Source of the DNA: a virus
DNA: 64,000 nucleotides
IMG/VR virus record: IMGVR_UViG_3300033388_002987
Span: 53,955-117,954 of that record
Reading direction: 5' to 3' (one strand)
The stretch's first letter is position 1. Each line of letters begins with the position of its first letter. Shown piece after piece: positions 1 to 9,575 of this stretch. The translations under genes and the position numbers were made by a program. Under the pieces are notes generated by a model, which worked only from the letters and a program-made list of their open reading frames with translations, had not been told where the DNA came from and did not search any database.

Positions 1-2
1 TA

Positions 3-899
3 AACCGCTTAGCTGCTACACCCGGCAAAGCCGGTTGTATCTTATTCATAGATGACTTGCACCGTGTAAACATGGCAGTAGCTCCCTACTTATACGGTCT
101 CCTTGGAGAACGTAAACTAGGCTCTTATAGACTTGACGGAAAAGTGGCTATCATGGGCGCAATGAACGACTCTGACGAAGCAGGCTTCTCAGGAGTAGAC
201 AGCCCTATTAAAGATAGAATTGGTATTTTACCAGTTCCATTCGACTTTGAATACTGGTTTGATAACTTTGGTAAACACCTACACTTCTATGTAAGTTCAT
301 TCTTAAAAACTCATTCTAGCTATGTACAAGAAGATGAATCAACTATGATTGAGCAATTTGCTACACCGCGTTCGTGGTCACACCTTGCAAATGAGTTTGA
401 ACTATACGACTTGGATTTCATCCAAGCACATACTACCTTACTTGCAAAACAAAAGGTATCTATTGCAGCTGCAAATGAACTTCAAAAACACATCGCATAC
501 GTTGAGGCAATTGACTTCACAGCTAAAATCAAAGCTAAGCAACCTATCAATATAGCTGGACTTAAACCTATTGACCAGATCTTGTATGCATACATCATTA
601 ACTATGTTACTGATATAGAAGATGCAAAATACGTTATGAGTCTTATTGATGGTAATATTGATTCAGCTAACTTCATTGGCTTCATAATAGGAGAGCTTTA
701 CAACAAGTTCATCGCTAAAGAAGGTGGCAAGCATATCAACGACGGCCTTACAATTATCTTAGAAAAATTGCTTAAATCAGATTACAACCCAGAATCTTAT
801 AATAAACCTATGAGTAAGGCTGTAAAAGAAACTTATGACAAGTTATCATTCGCTGAACACGATAAGTTGTTCGCTGTAGCGTCAGAGTTTATACATTAA
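3..899 (+). CDS. MoxR-type AAA+ ATPase (N4 gp24-like), 5'-partial
   Basis: The frame is open from the window edge (NRLAATPGKAGCILFIDDLHR), upstream of the track start at 57. Walker B-like ILFIDD, then RKLGSYRL...AIMGAMN and SPIKDR (sensor/Arg-finger region) typical of phage AAA_5 ATPases. Confidence 0.8.
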   Translation, partial: NRLAATPGKAGCILFIDDLHRVNMAVAPYLYGLLGERKLGSYRLDGKVAIMGAMNDSDEAGFSGVDSPIKDRIGILPVPFDFEYWFDNFGKHLHFYVSSFLKTHSSYVQEDESTMIEQFATPRSWSHLANEFELYDLDFIQAHTTLLAKQKVSIAAANELQKHIAYVEAIDFTAKIKAKQPINIAGLKPIDQILYAYIINYVTDIEDAKYVMSLIDGNIDSANFIGFIIGELYNKFIAKEGGKHINDGLTIILEKLLKSDYNPESYNKPMSKAVKETYDKLSFAEHDKLFAVASEFIH

Positions 900-901
900 C
901 A

Positions 902-1138
902 ATGGTTGGTAGAGTAGTACTTCCTGGTAGTACTTTAACACTACAGTGTATCATAGACGCTACTAGGTCAATGGACTACCCAAATTACGGTAAACTTAAA
1001 CGCCAGGTAGAAAGTATTCGCAATCCAATTGAACAACTCTTTCGCCTTAAAGCCCTTATTGATAATCCTATGCTTGATATTAGTACTCGTAATGCAGCTA
1101 CCTTAATACTAAAGGACTTACAAAATGGACAAATTTAA
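902..1138 (+). CDS. hypothetical protein (78 aa)
   Basis: ORF in a tightly packed, overlapping + strand run. Confidence 0.6.
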   Translation: MVGRVVLPGSTLTLQCIIDATRSMDYPNYGKLKRQVESIRNPIEQLFRLKALIDNPMLDISTRNAATLILKDLQNGQI

Positions 1139-1340
1139 ATGGAAAATATTCATTGAAGTACTAGAAAATAGCCCTACTGAACTATCACTAGACCTCTTCG
1201 AAGAGTCCCTACTAGCTCTTCCTACGGAAGACCTAAACTCAGTTGCTGAAGCACTTAAATGCACCACATCAACACCTTCAGACGTCAAAACAGCTAAGCA
1301 TGTTATAGAAATGCTGCAAATATTATGGCACTACCAGTAG
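1125..1340 (+). CDS. hypothetical protein, MDKF N-terminal family
   Basis: AAGGA RBS upstream; begins MDKFKWKIF. Confidence 0.65.
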   Translation: MDKFKWKIFIEVLENSPTELSLDLFEESLLALPTEDLNSVAEALKCTTSTPSDVKTAKHVIEMLQILWHYQ

Positions 1341-1543
1341 CGCTAGTAAATACTTTACGTAGTGGCTCTATAGGGGTTGCAGGACTTGCATTAAAGAACT
1401 ATATAATAAGTTTACAAAAGTTTGAGCAGGTATTTGTAATACAAAGTCTACTAGATAGTGATTTAAAGAAACTATGTGGTAGAAGTGGGGTATCCCTTTA
1501 TGTTAAGCATATACTACTAGATCTAAGGACTAAAAATGGGTAA
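1325..1543 (+). CDS. hypothetical protein (72 aa)
   Basis: Overlapping ORF in a packed run. Confidence 0.55.
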   Translation: MALPVALVNTLRSGSIGVAGLALKNYIISLQKFEQVFVIQSLLDSDLKKLCGRSGVSLYVKHILLDLRTKNG

Positions 1544-1727
1544 ACAGTATAACCCTTGGGACCCATGTTATCAAATGTGGAAAAGCTTTATTAATACAAC
1601 TTGCTTAGGATGCTCAAAGATGCAAATACTATTTAAAGTACAAGCCTTTAGGAATAATAAGCACCACAAATATTTAGATAACTTAGAATGTCTTGATAAA
1701 GTACTAAAAGATATTAACAATGGATAA
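1536..1727 (+). CDS. hypothetical protein (63 aa)
   Basis: AAGGA RBS upstream; overlaps both neighbours. Confidence 0.6.
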   Translation: MGKQYNPWDPCYQMWKSFINTTCLGCSKMQILFKVQAFRNNKHHKYLDNLECLDKVLKDINNG

Positions 1728-1974
1728 GTTTCAACGTGAACTAATGATAGTTACAATATGTAATACTAGCACTATTACTGAAGAGCAAGCATTAGCATTC
1801 ACTACACAGCTTGACCATGAATTTAAGCATAATGCCTATACCCTTACTTATCCTATGGTACGCCTAGCTAGACTATTAGACTACGATAAGTACCCTACTG
1901 AAGTTCATGCATTTACAACACATGTATTACTAAAAGCGGACATACAAAAATATAACAATAAAAGGGAGACTTAA
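1720..1974 (+). CDS. hypothetical protein, MDKF N-terminal family
   Basis: Begins MDKFQREL; TAATG-coupled to the next gene. Confidence 0.65.
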   Translation: MDKFQRELMIVTICNTSTITEEQALAFTTQLDHEFKHNAYTLTYPMVRLARLLDYDKYPTEVHAFTTHVLLKADIQKYNNKRET

Positions 1975-3419
1975 TGAATACACAAGACTTTATAAAAGAA
2001 GCAGAAAACCTTATCTATAAAGAAGTAGCTAAAAATACTAACCTTATTTTAGGTAAGGCCAAGACTGCCTCACTAAGTACAGGACTATTCCTTAAGCTTC
2101 CAATAGAGGTAGTAGTTGAAAAAACTAGCGAACCAGTACCTAAATTATATAAAGAACTAAAGTCTTTCATAAACTACTTTGGCGCTTACGTAATGCACGG
2201 TAATAGCTCTAAAGCTTACTTCAAATTCATGTATCATGATGAGAAAGATTTAACTGTTATATCAAATCACTTACATCGTCACGGTATGTTCTTTGCTTTT
2301 GTGTACTTACACGAAATCCAACACATAATAAGAAAGCATAACACCAGCTCGTATGAAACTATGATGACCCGTATATGTGGCGACACCGCATTCCCACATG
2401 AAATAATCAACATAGCAGAAGATCATGCTATTAACTATAGCCTTAAAGATTTATTCATAGCAGCAAAACTTAATCGTCAATGGACTCCTATTGAAGAAAT
2501 TGGTATGTACAATCAAACATACCACAACGACCAACTATCAGACATTGATATCCTTAAAGACCTATTAAAGAAGAACCCTCCAATTACTAAGACACAAATC
2601 TCAGACATGATGTCTAAGATAACATGTGACGGTAAGGAGTCACTCCAACCTACTGACCCAGGAGGTAGCACACCTGCTGCCTCGAATAACGGTAAAGTAG
2701 ATAAAACAAGTACATCGTCTGACGACGCTGACATAGCACTTTCAGACCTATCTGAGTCAATACAAGATATCATACGTACCAACACTAAAGGTACTACAGC
2801 TGGCGACCTCTTCGAACAACTATTTGATTCAATTAAAGTTGAAACAGGTTGGTTCAAGAAGATCAAAGCATCATTCAAACGTCAAGTCTACTATAAGACT
2901 CATGACTACACAACTAGCTGGGCTAACCTTAACAACACATTTAGACGTATTTACAAGTCACCTAAGAAGACCTTCATTGATAACAAGATTAATATCATAT
3001 TATCAGTGGACCACAGTGGCTCTATGAGCACTGAAGACCTTCAAAAGTTACTCTACCTAGTCGAGTCTGAGTCAAACCGTATAGCATCTCTAAAGGTACT
3101 TATACACGATACTCGTGTAATTAAAGAGTTCTTAATAGAAGATGATTATGACATAGCTAACAACCCTGAATTTAAGGAAGCCCTAGCGACTCGTTACACC
3201 TCCGGTGGAACTAGTCATAAATGTGTATTTGAACATATCCAAGACTCTAAACTAGTAGACCCTAATATGGTAATCTATATGAGCTTCTCAGATAACTATT
3301 CTGACATTGAGCAATGCTTTAAGTCTTATCCAGTAATGCGAAAGCTAACTAATTACTGGATCTGTGCTGGAGCTAATAACCCTGTATCAGTTCCTGGTAC
3401 TAATATAATGATGGTATAG
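1974..3419 (+). CDS. vWA-domain protein with HExxH metallopeptidase-like N-terminus (DUF2201-type, N4 gp25-like)
   Basis: LHEIQH zincin motif; MIDAS VDHSGS and SGGTS in the C-terminal vWA domain; the usual partner of the AAA ATPase upstream. Confidence 0.85.
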   Translation: MNTQDFIKEAENLIYKEVAKNTNLILGKAKTASLSTGLFLKLPIEVVVEKTSEPVPKLYKELKSFINYFGAYVMHGNSSKAYFKFMYHDEKDLTVISNHLHRHGMFFAFVYLHEIQHIIRKHNTSSYETMMTRICGDTAFPHEIINIAEDHAINYSLKDLFIAAKLNRQWTPIEEIGMYNQTYHNDQLSDIDILKDLLKKNPPITKTQISDMMSKITCDGKESLQPTDPGGSTPAASNNGKVDKTSTSSDDADIALSDLSESIQDIIRTNTKGTTAGDLFEQLFDSIKVETGWFKKIKASFKRQVYYKTHDYTTSWANLNNTFRRIYKSPKKTFIDNKINIILSVDHSGSMSTEDLQKLLYLVESESNRIASLKVLIHDTRVIKEFLIEDDYDIANNPEFKEALATRYTSGGTSHKCVFEHIQDSKLVDPNMVIYMSFSDNYSDIEQCFKSYPVMRKLTNYWICAGANNPVSVPGTNIMMV

Positions 3420-3421
3420 TA

Positions 3422-3688
3422 ATGGATAAGTTTAAGCTAATTATTTTAGAAAACCTTGCTAATAATACTAATCCTACCTTTGTAGGTGTAAGTACTTGCT
3501 TAGATTATTTATTAACCAAGAAGATTTGCATATGGTCAGAGACTATAGAATATCTCTCATTTAATAAACCTAGTGGTCGAACTAAGCGTATAGCGAAAGC
3601 TTTACATAGAAATACTAAAGGCCTTGTAGGGCATAGCCACTATTTAGTATTCTTTAAAAATCATATGGATAAATATTTCAAGGATTAA
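3422..3688 (+). CDS. hypothetical protein, MDKF N-terminal family
   Basis: Begins MDKFKLII; packed directly after the vWA gene. Confidence 0.6.
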   Translation: MDKFKLIILENLANNTNPTFVGVSTCLDYLLTKKICIWSETIEYLSFNKPSGRTKRIAKALHRNTKGLVGHSHYLVFFKNHMDKYFKD

Positions 3689-3689
3689 C

Positions 3690-4382
3690 ATGAACCAATT
3701 CCAATACACACTAGCTATGAATAAAATACCTACACTTAAAACTCATAAAGCGAAAGAAGAATTTGCTAGGGAGATCTACGAAGTATTAGAGCCTCATGGT
3801 AAATGCTATTCTATGGATGTTAAAGACGACAACATACAAACTATAGTAAACGGGTATAAATGCCTTTGTGTAATAATACCTTTATGTACCAGTGCTAAAG
3901 GTTTACCACAATTTATAACTACCATACATGAGAACTGTCGTATAAGTTTACTAAGACGATGCACTAATACTAATAATATTACGTACGATGAGTATATTGA
4001 TATGTTTCAATATGAGACTAATGAATTAAATTTTAGTAATGGGTACCCTAGTAGTAGACAGCCATTTATTGACTTAATTGGAACTAACATTCAACCATAT
4101 AAAATAGATCTAAATTTACGTGCAACAAATCAAGGCACTTATAGTGTACCATCATTTGATTTGTATACCCACAATCAATTACTGACTCTAGAAATGTATA
4201 AAGACCTAGCACTAAAAAGTAAAGTATTAACAGTAGTAGAAGATGAGTTAAAACGCCTTTATAGTCTAGTAGCTTCCCTAGACACTGCAGCTATGTTAAC
4301 TGACTTAGACGATATAACACGCTCAGCTAATCTAATAACTAGTACCATAAAGGCTCGCAATGAACAAGTTGGCACCATATAA
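3690..4382 (+). CDS. hypothetical protein (230 aa); N-terminus paralogous to 6066-6431
   Basis: AAGGA RBS; N-terminus MNQFQYTLAMNKIPTLKTHKAKEEF aligns with MNQFDYIVAVEKMKSLVTIKSKSIF. Confidence 0.7.
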   Translation: MNQFQYTLAMNKIPTLKTHKAKEEFAREIYEVLEPHGKCYSMDVKDDNIQTIVNGYKCLCVIIPLCTSAKGLPQFITTIHENCRISLLRRCTNTNNITYDEYIDMFQYETNELNFSNGYPSSRQPFIDLIGTNIQPYKIDLNLRATNQGTYSVPSFDLYTHNQLLTLEMYKDLALKSKVLTVVEDELKRLYSLVASLDTAAMLTDLDDITRSANLITSTIKARNEQVGTI

Positions 4383-5733
4383 GATACCATACGGACGCTA
4401 CCTGAAATCAGGTGAGTACAGACCTCCAGGTAAGAAATCACTAAAGTGGTTCACAACCCCTCACAGAACTATTCACGTCACCCGTGAGGGTGACTACCAA
4501 CAAGTAAAATACGAAGCCTTCAACCCTGGCTCACGCCATAACATCCGTCAATGGATGGAAGAGGACTTCGGCTATACATTCCCTTACTACACTCCCAAAG
4601 GTAACCCTAAAGTAGATGTAGATTCCCTAGAGAACATGCAACATCCTTCAGGTAAGCTCCTTAGACGTTACCTGAAGGTAACGAAAGACCAATCTCAAGT
4701 GGGAGGAGCCGACGGTTCACTAGTTAAAAACTACAATGAAACTCAGCGTACTGTAAAGTCAAGGACTGACACTAATGGAACGGTAACAGGCAGGTTCACT
4801 AGTAGCTCAATTAACTTAGCACAGATACCTGCACAACAAGAGTTCCGAGAACTTTTCAGGGCACCTCAAGGCTGGTCCTTCTTAGGAACAGACTTTAGTG
4901 GACAAGAGAACGTCAACCTAGCAGAAATGCTCTACCCATACGACGATGGACGCCTAGCGGACATCATCGCCTCAGGTAACAAGGACGATGGTACAGACCT
5001 TCACTCCCTAAACGCTAAAGCCTGTGGCATCTCCCGTGGAGACGCTAAACCACTTTGGTTTGGATTCCTATACGGATCCTCTCCAACCTTAACAGGCTAC
5101 ACGTTACTAAAGCATGGCTTCTTTGCTGACTACACTCCTAAAGAGTTTACTGCTATGGAGAAGAAACTTAAACGTAGAGTAATCTCGCTAGACACTGGTG
5201 AATTCTACCCAATCAAGAAAGACGCACTAGTACCATTCAATAAACAGCTTATTATACAAGCGCTCTTTGGTGCTAAAGTACAAGCAGACCTTATTGCATC
5301 AACACATGGACTTGCAAGCCTCATTAAGAACTTAACTATGACAGCTAAGGCAAATGGGTATGTAACTATGTTTGGCGGCCGCAGGGTACCTATACGTCAC
5401 GCTCACGCTACACTTAACTCACAACTACAAGGTATGGGTGCTGAAGCAATGAAGCACTACCTAGTATTCTATCACGAGGAAGCTAAGCGCCAAGGTTTAC
5501 ACCATGGCCAACACTTCAAACAAGAAGCTTGTATTTACGATGAGGTAGACTTAATAGTACGTGATGATAAACGCTTTGAAATAGCTGATATCCTCCAAGG
5601 TACTTACGAAAAGGTCTCCACACACTTAGGTATGAAATGTACTTATACAGGCGAGGTCCTCATAGGAGGTCACTCTAAAGACAAGCATGGCCCTAACGGC
5701 CTTGCTGATAACTCGTGGCAAGGATGTCACTAA
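4360..5733 (+). CDS. polA: Family A DNA polymerase, T7-like polymerase domain only (no 3'-5' exonuclease domain)
   Basis: FNPGSRHNI, TGRFTSSSINLAQIP, motif A GTDFSGQE, motif B RGDAKPLWFGFLYG, LNSQLQGMGA, motif C IYDEV. In-frame TAA at 4348-4350 and an AAGG RBS precede the ATG. Confidence 0.93.
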   Translation: MNKLAPYKIPYGRYLKSGEYRPPGKKSLKWFTTPHRTIHVTREGDYQQVKYEAFNPGSRHNIRQWMEEDFGYTFPYYTPKGNPKVDVDSLENMQHPSGKLLRRYLKVTKDQSQVGGADGSLVKNYNETQRTVKSRTDTNGTVTGRFTSSSINLAQIPAQQEFRELFRAPQGWSFLGTDFSGQENVNLAEMLYPYDDGRLADIIASGNKDDGTDLHSLNAKACGISRGDAKPLWFGFLYGSSPTLTGYTLLKHGFFADYTPKEFTAMEKKLKRRVISLDTGEFYPIKKDALVPFNKQLIIQALFGAKVQADLIASTHGLASLIKNLTMTAKANGYVTMFGGRRVPIRHAHATLNSQLQGMGAEAMKHYLVFYHEEAKRQGLHHGQHFKQEACIYDEVDLIVRDDKRFEIADILQGTYEKVSTHLGMKCTYTGEVLIGGHSKDKHGPNGLADNSWQGCH

Positions 5734-5754
5734 CATTATTTAATAGGATATAAC

Positions 5755-6069
5755 ATGATAAGTAAAGAACTATTTAGTGCAGTAACCGGTATCCAATTAG
5801 AAAATGGTTTTGCTTATGATGGGTATAGTGATTTTCATCATATTAGTAAATGGAACATCCACGAACTTGCACACAAGTGCAAGGAGTGGGCTGCTAACAA
5901 AGGTTACTATATATCGTCATTCAGTGATTATACAGAAGACTGGTTCTGTAATATTAGATTCCCTGGTAAGGTTCCGTTTAGACAAACATTTATACATTTA
6001 AATGAGCCTGAAGCTATATTCGCAGCATGCGAATATATACTAAAGGAACAAAAAAAGGAATTACCGTGA
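5755..6069 (+). CDS. conserved phage hypothetical protein (HELAHKCKEWA...EPEAIFAACEYI)
   Basis: AGGA RBS; GTGA overlap with the next gene. Confidence 0.7.
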   Translation: MISKELFSAVTGIQLENGFAYDGYSDFHHISKWNIHELAHKCKEWAANKGYYISSFSDYTEDWFCNIRFPGKVPFRQTFIHLNEPEAIFAACEYILKEQKKELP

Positions 6070-6431
6070 ACCAATTTGATTACATAGTAGCTGTCGAGAA
6101 GATGAAGTCATTAGTTACCATTAAAAGTAAATCAATCTTTATTAAGGATATAAAAATTATTTGGAGCAACGTTAAAGGCATTACACCTTATAACATCCTT
6201 CTTATGGATACAGTAATGAATGAGTTTTTACCTGAAAAGATACCAGGAGCAGCTTCCTTACGAAATGCTATAAATGAATATGCTGGAAGGCTTACAGGTG
6301 ACACCTCTATTTTAGATAACATAACTAAAACACCAGTTACTGGTAGTAATGATTACCACAGCTTCATGAGTAGCCCTGGAATCCCAGCTTATTTAAAACT
6401 AGCAGTATTAAAGGCAGAACATGGCAATTGA
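6066..6431 (+). CDS. hypothetical protein; N-terminus paralogous to 3690-4382
   Basis: GTG start at 6066 with AAGGA RBS, preferred over the track start at 6027. Confidence 0.65.
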   Translation: MNQFDYIVAVEKMKSLVTIKSKSIFIKDIKIIWSNVKGITPYNILLMDTVMNEFLPEKIPGAASLRNAINEYAGRLTGDTSILDNITKTPVTGSNDYHSFMSSPGIPAYLKLAVLKAEHGN

Positions 6432-6651
6432 TATACACTCAATGGAGCTACACGAGGTAGCTCACGAAGAAAAAGGTAATATTGAAATTACCCGCGTAGC
6501 TGGTGGGTGGCTATACTACTACTTATTTCGAAAAGAAACAATATTTGTTCCACGGCAAGATTCACAAAGCCCCATTCCCATGATCGACATCTACGGTGTG
6601 GAAAGTGTACTACGCGAAATCAAAGACATCATGTATCAAAGGACTTACTAA
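6421..6651 (+). CDS. hypothetical protein (76 aa)
   Basis: Overlapping ORF with AAGG RBS. Confidence 0.6.
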   Translation: MAIDIHSMELHEVAHEEKGNIEITRVAGGWLYYYLFRKETIFVPRQDSQSPIPMIDIYGVESVLREIKDIMYQRTY

Positions 6652-6806
6652 TGACACCAACTAAAACAGCTCAAGAAACCTTCGAGCAGATGACACCACA
6701 AGAGTTTATGCTAAACCCGCAACTACACGCTTGGTTCGTTGAAAACGATGTACAAGAGTGTTTCAAAAACCATCCGTGCAACCAAGCACGTATAAAAGGA
6801 GCCTAA
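6651..6806 (+). CDS. hypothetical protein (51 aa)
   Basis: TAATG coupling at 6649-6653 with AAGGA RBS; 3' part of track ORF 6507-6806. Confidence 0.55.
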   Translation: MTPTKTAQETFEQMTPQEFMLNPQLHAWFVENDVQECFKNHPCNQARIKGA

Positions 6807-7763
6807 ATGGCAAAGACTAATAAGAGAACTAAAAATATACTAAATAGTAACTGGAAAGATATCCTTACACGTAAAGCTGCTGGAGAGTCAACTACTAGTA
6901 TAGCACAGCTATACGGTATCTCTAAACAAGCGCTAAGTGCTAGACTTAAAAAACAAGTAGTAACTACATCAATAGCTAATCCAACTCTAAAGATACTAAC
7001 ACTAGATATCGAGAACGCACCAATGATGTCATATCACTGGGGCTTATGGCAACAAAATATAGGTCAACCAATGCGTCTAGACGGAGATCGTTCTTACATG
7101 ATGACTGTAGCTGCAAAGTGGCTACACGAAGACAAGGTACATTACTTTGAAACTCGTAATGAAGACGATTCCAGCATAACTGCTGAAATCTTAAAGCTAG
7201 TTGATGAAGCTGATATTATAGTAGGGCATAACGCCCAGAAGTTTGATATGAAGAAGATTAACGCTTACGCTATTCTTAACAAAATCCCACCACCATCCCC
7301 ATACCGTGTAGTAGACACTATGCTAATTGCTAAGAAGCACTTCGCATTTGAACGCAACACTCTAGACTACTTATCACACGCATTATGTTCTGAAACTAAA
7401 TCAGCACATAAAGAGTTCCACGGCTTTGAGCTATGGAAGGAATGTATGAAGGGCAACGACGCTGCTTGGGCCGAAATGAAGCACTACAACATCCAAGACG
7501 TTAGAGTAACAGAAGAACTATACCTAATCCTTCGCCCATGGGCTAAAGGCCACCCAAGTATTGTTACTACTACAGACTCTACTGTCCACAGATGTACATC
7601 ATGTGGTTCTAAGAACGTTAGTACTGACGGTTACTCTATAACAAATGTTAGTAAGTTCCAGAAGTACAAATGTAATGACTGTGGAAGTTTCTCACGTGGA
7701 CGTAAAAACCTAGTAAGCAAAGCAGCTAGAGAAAAGCTACTTACTCCTGTAGCTAATGGCTAA
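6807..7763 (+). CDS. DnaQ/RNase H-fold DEDD 3'-5' exonuclease with N-terminal HTH and C-terminal Zn ribbon
   Basis: LDIE, GHNAQKFD and YNIQD exonuclease motifs; CTSC...CNDC zinc ribbon; N-terminal HTH-like segment (SIAQLYGISKQALS). Confidence 0.85.
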   Translation: MAKTNKRTKNILNSNWKDILTRKAAGESTTSIAQLYGISKQALSARLKKQVVTTSIANPTLKILTLDIENAPMMSYHWGLWQQNIGQPMRLDGDRSYMMTVAAKWLHEDKVHYFETRNEDDSSITAEILKLVDEADIIVGHNAQKFDMKKINAYAILNKIPPPSPYRVVDTMLIAKKHFAFERNTLDYLSHALCSETKSAHKEFHGFELWKECMKGNDAAWAEMKHYNIQDVRVTEELYLILRPWAKGHPSIVTTTDSTVHRCTSCGSKNVSTDGYSITNVSKFQKYKCNDCGSFSRGRKNLVSKAAREKLLTPVANG

Positions 7764-7962
7764 TTATGAAAAAGCAATTAAAGCTAGGATAAAACCTATA
7801 ATCAACAAAGCTATTGAATTAATAGAACGTCAGGATGATGAGGCCTTCTTAGGAAGAATGCATATCCTTGCAGCGCAGATTCAAGGGGACGAAAGTGTTG
7901 ATGCTGCAGTAGAGCTGGCTATTCTAGCACTTACCGCAGAAGAATTTGGTAAAATTAAATAA
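7756..7962 (+). CDS. hypothetical protein (68 aa)
   Basis: Overlapping ORF. Confidence 0.6.
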   Translation: MANYEKAIKARIKPIINKAIELIERQDDEAFLGRMHILAAQIQGDESVDAAVELAILALTAEEFGKIK

Positions 7963-7971
7963 GGAAATAAA

Positions 7972-9378
7972 ATGCTAGACATCTACAAAGACAGTCTTGA
8001 AAAAGACGGGTGCTTCGACGTAACATACCCAAAGGTATTCGACGCAGCATCCAAGGTCATCCCTAGCAATATCCCAGAGAAAATGCGTATGTTAATGACC
8101 GCAACTGAACTAACAGTATTTGCTGGGCACTTACGTAAACCAATAAACTGGCATGGTGCTAAGATACCAATCAACATCATAGCCTTCCTAGTAGGAGGCT
8201 CTGGTGCCGGTAAAGGCCTTTCAATTAAGAGTATCTCCTCTATCCTAGATGGAGGCAATAAGCAAATCAACACCAACAGAGAAGCCCACGCTAAACTCCT
8301 AGCAGTAGAAGACGCTGAAACTGACGGCAAGAAAGCCACTGACTGGCGTAAGTACTACTCTAAACCTCGCGACCTTAAATCAGCAATCTCTACCCTTCCA
8401 GGAACAATGAAGCATTTAGCGGCACTGGAACGTGGTAAACAAGGTGCTGGTTACATGTACGTCGATGAAATAGGTAGTGAACTTATTAGCAACAAAGACC
8501 TCTCTGAAAACATCATTGCCCTAGCCGTTGGCTACGACACTGGTGAAATAGCCCCTAAGATCCTTAAAGACGATAATAACCAAGTTGAAGGCATCAAAAA
8601 CCTTCCATACTCTGCGTTAATGTTTGGTTCACCTATGAACATTATCTTTGATGAAGCTGTTAAACGCAAATTCAAAGAAGAGTTCTCAACTAAGCTATCT
8701 CGTAGATGCCATTTCTCCTTCATAACTGAAGAGACTAAAAGGCCTACATTCAACTCAATAGAAGAGTCTCGTGAGTATGCTAAAGCAGAACGCATGCGCG
8801 TTCAGACAGCGTCAGCTGGCTTAGAGCCTTGGTTCACCGCATTAGCATCTTCAACTACAAACATCCCTCTAGAAGTAGAAGAGGAAGTAGAAGAGTTATT
8901 CAGTGATTACCACGGCTACAATGAATGGTATGCAGATACTATCCCAAACCAATTTGCTATGACTAAACTCCACCGCTTACATTTACAATGGAAAAGCCTT
9001 AAAGTAGCGGGTGCAATAGCAATCCTAGAAGGTGTAGAAGTAATTACTAAGCAACATCTCATCGAAGCAATACGCTTCTCTGAGATTTACGCTAATGACA
9101 TTTATAACTTCGAGCAGGAACTTGAAAAGGAACCTTACGAATTATTTGCTGACTATATGATATCAATAGCTGAAAAAGGCTATGCTAATATATCCATCCA
9201 TAAGCTTCGTAAAATGGGCTTTGTAAAGGGTACTGGCTCTGCTCAGAATAAGATGATTGAACTAATTGATCTTGCTAGGTCCTACGACGATCATAACAGA
9301 TATCAATACGCGGAAGGCTACATCCACTTCTACGAAGAGGCATCTATATCAGATGCTGACAGAGATGAGCTAGCATGA
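7972..9378 (+). CDS. P-loop ATPase/helicase-like protein, N-terminal half of N4 gp43-like primase-helicase
   Basis: IPINIIAFLVGGSGAGKG (Walker A), YVDEIGS (Walker B), LMFGSP and SRRCHF resemble the gp43 N-terminal region as I recall it. Confidence 0.75.
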   Translation: MLDIYKDSLEKDGCFDVTYPKVFDAASKVIPSNIPEKMRMLMTATELTVFAGHLRKPINWHGAKIPINIIAFLVGGSGAGKGLSIKSISSILDGGNKQINTNREAHAKLLAVEDAETDGKKATDWRKYYSKPRDLKSAISTLPGTMKHLAALERGKQGAGYMYVDEIGSELISNKDLSENIIALAVGYDTGEIAPKILKDDNNQVEGIKNLPYSALMFGSPMNIIFDEAVKRKFKEEFSTKLSRRCHFSFITEETKRPTFNSIEESREYAKAERMRVQTASAGLEPWFTALASSTTNIPLEVEEEVEELFSDYHGYNEWYADTIPNQFAMTKLHRLHLQWKSLKVAGAIAILEGVEVITKQHLIEAIRFSEIYANDIYNFEQELEKEPYELFADYMISIAEKGYANISIHKLRKMGFVKGTGSAQNKMIELIDLARSYDDHNRYQYAEGYIHFYEEASISDADRDELA

Positions 9379-9527
9379 TACAATTTAATAAACTAGTAGC
9401 ATACGTTGAAAGTCGTTTGACCACTTCTGGGTTAACACTGTCAACCTATGGTAAAGGGGAAATGCTTAAACGTTTCAACAAAAAAGAATCTGAGGGTGGT
9501 TACTCTCAATACTGGAAAGAGTTATGA
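9375..9527 (+). CDS. small hypothetical protein (50 aa, MIQFNKLVAY...), not in ORF track
   Basis: ATGA overlap with the 7972-9378 stop; fills the gap. Confidence 0.5.
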   Translation: MIQFNKLVAYVESRLTTSGLTLSTYGKGEMLKRFNKKESEGGYSQYWKEL

Positions 9528-9575
9528 CAGTTGCCAAGAAACCATATACACTAATAGTTTACTAAAGGAGCCATC

